DNA of 64,000 bases, from the NCBI GenBank assembly GCA_963748825.1, contig CAVVKN010000003.1, forward strand, positions 1 through 64,000. Reading direction: 5' to 3'. The notes beneath the pieces were generated by a model. The model did not search any database. It saw nothing but the letters and a program-made list of their open reading frames with translations, and was not told the DNA's origin. The position numbers were made by a program, and so were the translations under genes. Source of the stretch: Methanotrichaceae archaeon (lineage in GTDB: Archaea; Halobacteriota; Methanosarcinia; Methanotrichales; Methanotrichaceae). Within the stretch, counting starts at the first letter, position 1. The number at the start of each line of letters is the position of its first letter. Shown one piece after another: positions 61,141 to 64,000 of this stretch.

Positions 61141-62445
61141 TTGATCCTTAGAACTCATTATTCAGGTGATATAACTCCAGAATTGGATGGCAAAGAGGTT
61201 ATTTTGACTGGCTTTGCTCACGAGACGCGCGACCTGGGGGGCATAGCCTTCCTGGTACTGCGGGATAGAAAAGGCCTGGCTCAGGTAACTCTGGTCAAGA
61301 AGCTTTTGGGAAAAGAGATGTTCAAGAGCGCGCGCACCATCAGCCGGGAGAGTGTGGTAATGGTGCGAGGAAGTGTCAAGGCAGAGCCGAAAGCTCCTCG
61401 CGGATACGAGATACTTCCCACTGAGATTCAGGTATTGAATGCCGCACAGGTGCCTTTGCCCCTGGACCCCACGGAGAAGGTGGAGTGCGAGCTGGACACA
61501 CGCCTCGATGCCAGGTTCATGGACATTAGAAGGCCCTGCATTCTGGCTGCGTTCGAGATCGAGAGCGCTGTTTTGCAGAGCCTGAGAAGCTGCTTCTACC
61601 AAAAAGGAGTAACCGAGGTATTCACTCCCAAGATAGTGGCTGCGGCCACAGAGGGTGGTACGGATCTCTTCCCCATCAGCTACTTCGAGAAGGAGGCTTT
61701 CCTGAATCAGAGCCCCCAGCTCTACAAACAGATGCTCATGAGCGCGGGCATGGACAGGGTCTTTGAGATCGGCCCTATCTTCCGGGCTGAGGAGCACGAC
61801 ACCCGCCGCCACCTCAATGAGGCCATCTCCATCGATATTGAGTTTAGCTTTGCTGATGACAAGGCCGTTATGGAGCTTTTGGAAGAGGCAGTGGTAGGGG
61901 CCTACAGGTATGTGGCAGAGAATTGCCGCTACCAGTTGGAGGTCCTGGGCCTGGACCTGCAAGTTCCAAAGCTTCCCTTTAAGCGAATCACTTATTCTGA
62001 GGCACTGGAGCTGGCAGGAGAGAAGGCAGGAGTCAAGATGCAGTGGGGAGATGATCTGGATACAGAGACGGAGAGGTTCCTGGGCGAGACCATTGGCGAG
62101 CACTACTTCCTCACCGACTGGCCGTCCTCCATAAAGCCCTACTACACCTTGCCTTATGAGGATCGGCCCGAGGTCTGCCGGGGATTTGACCTCATGCATC
62201 CGCGCATGGAGCTGGCCTCTGGGGCGCAAAGAGTGCACGACTATAACCAGCTTGTCGAGCGCATAAAAGAGAAAGGGCTGGACCCGGACGGATTTGAGTT
62301 CTACCTCAAGGCCTTCCGCTACGGCATGCCGCCGCATGCCGGCTGGGGACTGGGCCTCTCCCGGCTGGTCATGACCATGCTTAAATTGGAGAATATTCGC
62401 GACGCGGTGCTCTTCCCGCGCGACCGAAGGCGGCTGGTGCCCTAG
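61141..62445 (+). CDS. aspS: Aspartyl-tRNA synthetase, archaeal type, probably non-discriminating
   Basis: [41 protein letters not shown]; gatCAB in the same window. Confidence 0.96.
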   Translation: MILRTHYSGDITPELDGKEVILTGFAHETRDLGGIAFLVLRDRKGLAQVTLVKKLLGKEMFKSARTISRESVVMVRGSVKAEPKAPRGYEILPTEIQVLNAAQVPLPLDPTEKVECELDTRLDARFMDIRRPCILAAFEIESAVLQSLRSCFYQKGVTEVFTPKIVAAATEGGTDLFPISYFEKEAFLNQSPQLYKQMLMSAGMDRVFEIGPIFRAEEHDTRRHLNEAISIDIEFSFADDKAVMELLEEAVVGAYRYVAENCRYQLEVLGLDLQVPKLPFKRITYSEALELAGEKAGVKMQWGDDLDTETERFLGETIGEHYFLTDWPSSIKPYYTLPYEDRPEVCRGFDLMHPRMELASGAQRVHDYNQLVERIKEKGLDPDGFEFYLKAFRYGMPPHAGWGLGLSRLVMTMLKLENIRDAVLFPRDRRRLVP

Positions 62446-62686
62446 AGGCACAGGCTGTCTTTTTTAGCGGCCTTTGTCCCGTCTTTTTTTATTTCTTATG
62501 AGCTATTCCGGATCTTTCGAAGCGATTTTGCAACTCAGTTAGCAAAAATAAAATAGTTCTACTGAGATTAGTTTTACGTGGCTATAACTGTCTTTTAGTA
62601 CATCCGTTTTAATCAATTTCAATTCTTTAAGAAAAAAATATATATTACCTGTCTACAAATTAACTCATACTAAACGAGATGATTTC

Positions 62687-63892
62687 ATGATTAAACGAGA
62701 ATCGCTGCAAAAGAAGCTGGCAATGGCGGCAATAGCAGGGATGCTGATGCTGCTATTGGCGGCATCATGTGTCGCCCAGACACCGTTGGAAGTTGGTGGA
62801 CCGGAAAATTGTACTGATTGTAGTGGGAATGCTTTCGCTGACCAGACTCTAGACGGTTCAATAACAGAAGCTGAAGCTTCCAGTTCGCCGGGCTTCGAAA
62901 ATGCGGTCCAGGAAACGGATTCATCAAATGCATCGATCAGCCGGGAACTTCAAGCCGCCGACCTAGTGTCGCCTTCCGGCATTCTGAATACGGGGAGGCC
63001 CACTTACGTCTGGGACGGCGTATCTGGCAGCCAGTACTACCGCCTGGAGGTGATGGACGATCACAATAATGTCGTCCTCAAGCAATGGTACAATGCATCG
63101 GACTATCCACCGGACACAATCTCTGTAACGCCTCTACAGAGCCTGGACCCCGGAGACTACACATGGAGAATCCTTTGCTGGAACTGCCAGAACCAGAACG
63201 AACAGCCGAGCCCGGAAATGGATTTTACCGTCTGCACATCCACCACCTTCCCAGGCAGGGCGACCCTTATCTCTCCTAAAGATACAATTGGCAGCAAGAA
63301 TCCGACCTTTGTATGGAGCCCAGTTGCAGGATGCACTCAGTACTGCCTTAAGGTGGCCAATACATATTATCAAAATGATCCCATCTTAGTGGAGTGTTAT
63401 GATGCAGAAGAGGTTATCTCCGGCCAGCGCTGCTCCATAACGCCTGGGCTGGATCTCGATCCAGGAAACTACCGGTGGTGGATTCAGACTATTAACTGCA
63501 AGGGAGAAGGGCCCTGGAGTAATTACAAGAGCTTCAGATATCAAAACAGGTCCCCAGGCAGAACGACTCCAATATCTCCTCGGGGCCTAACTTCCTCTAC
63601 ACCGACCTTCATCTGGACGGCGGCCTCAGCCGCCACACAGTACCATCTGCAGGTGGACAGCAACAGTGACAATGTGGTAGACGAGGTTTATGATGCCGAA
63701 GATGTGACCCTAGGAAGTCGGTGCTCAGTATTATTGCCTGAAGCCCTCCCGGATGATGATGGTGCCATTTACTACTGGCGCGTACAGGCCAGCAACGATG
63801 CCGGGAATGGACTCTGGAGCAGCTATCGGTATTTTGAAACGATCTGTCCCTTTAGGCCGGGTACGGACAAGAAAAAAGCCCGGATGGGATAA
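62687..63892 (+). CDS. Secreted protein with three Fn3/Ig-like repeats
   Basis: Signal peptide; three units of L.SP.G.....PT(F/Y).W......Y.L.V...Y.W. Confidence 0.82.
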   Translation: MIKRESLQKKLAMAAIAGMLMLLLAASCVAQTPLEVGGPENCTDCSGNAFADQTLDGSITEAEASSSPGFENAVQETDSSNASISRELQAADLVSPSGILNTGRPTYVWDGVSGSQYYRLEVMDDHNNVVLKQWYNASDYPPDTISVTPLQSLDPGDYTWRILCWNCQNQNEQPSPEMDFTVCTSTTFPGRATLISPKDTIGSKNPTFVWSPVAGCTQYCLKVANTYYQNDPILVECYDAEEVISGQRCSITPGLDLDPGNYRWWIQTINCKGEGPWSNYKSFRYQNRSPGRTTPISPRGLTSSTPTFIWTAASAATQYHLQVDSNSDNVVDEVYDAEDVTLGSRCSVLLPEALPDDDGAIYYWRVQASNDAGNGLWSSYRYFETICPFRPGTDKKKARMG

Positions 63893-63910
63893 TTTCCCGC
63901 TATTGGGCAA

Positions 63911-63948
63911 GGATGCGGGGGTGAGGCCGACCCCGGTCTCATCCATCC
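63911..63948 (+). terminator. GC-rich hairpin followed by a T-rich tract
   Basis: ggatg..gaggccg-accc-cggtctc..catcc downstream of the 63892 stop. Confidence 0.4.
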
Positions 63949-64000
63949 TATTTCTTTATGCTTAAGATTTTGAGGGCAGGCCATGGGCCAGCCCGCGCAA

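Noticed and set aside
61162-62451. 429-aa minus-strand ORF
   Set aside because: Antisense shadow of aspS.

Overview
Archaeal chromosome segment. Gene content (cobY/cobS/cobZ, Sm protein, GatCAB with AspRS, COG1361 S-layer-like genes, DUF835 and KaiC-like proteins) points to a Methanosarcinales/Methanotrichales methanogen, most likely Methanothrix; this is an inference. It carries cobamide genes and a nitrogen island (amtB-glnK, modABC, a PPOX/F420-type gene, Mo-nitrogenase nifHI1I2DKEN, a second amtB-glnK). It also holds a P-loop ATPase plus TPR gene pair with a mosaic 120-bp repeat array between two pseudogenes, and a ferredoxin with a signal peptide. Other content: two ABC exporters, gatCAB, a DUF4062 gene and a truncated paralogue, tRNA-Glu and tRNA-Val, an IMPase/NAD kinase pair, an intact non-autonomous tnpB element, and aspS. 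The three best candidates for undescribed biology are (1) a KaiC-like ATPase, small membrane protein and SLC5-STAC-2xDUF835 operon, (2) the split NLR-like ATPase/TPR pair, and (3) the exported ferredoxin with a GGAA-N6-TTCC palindrome upstream. Four genes, including nifN, carry single +1 indels that are probably assembly errors. All family assignments come from motif recognition by eye, not database searches.
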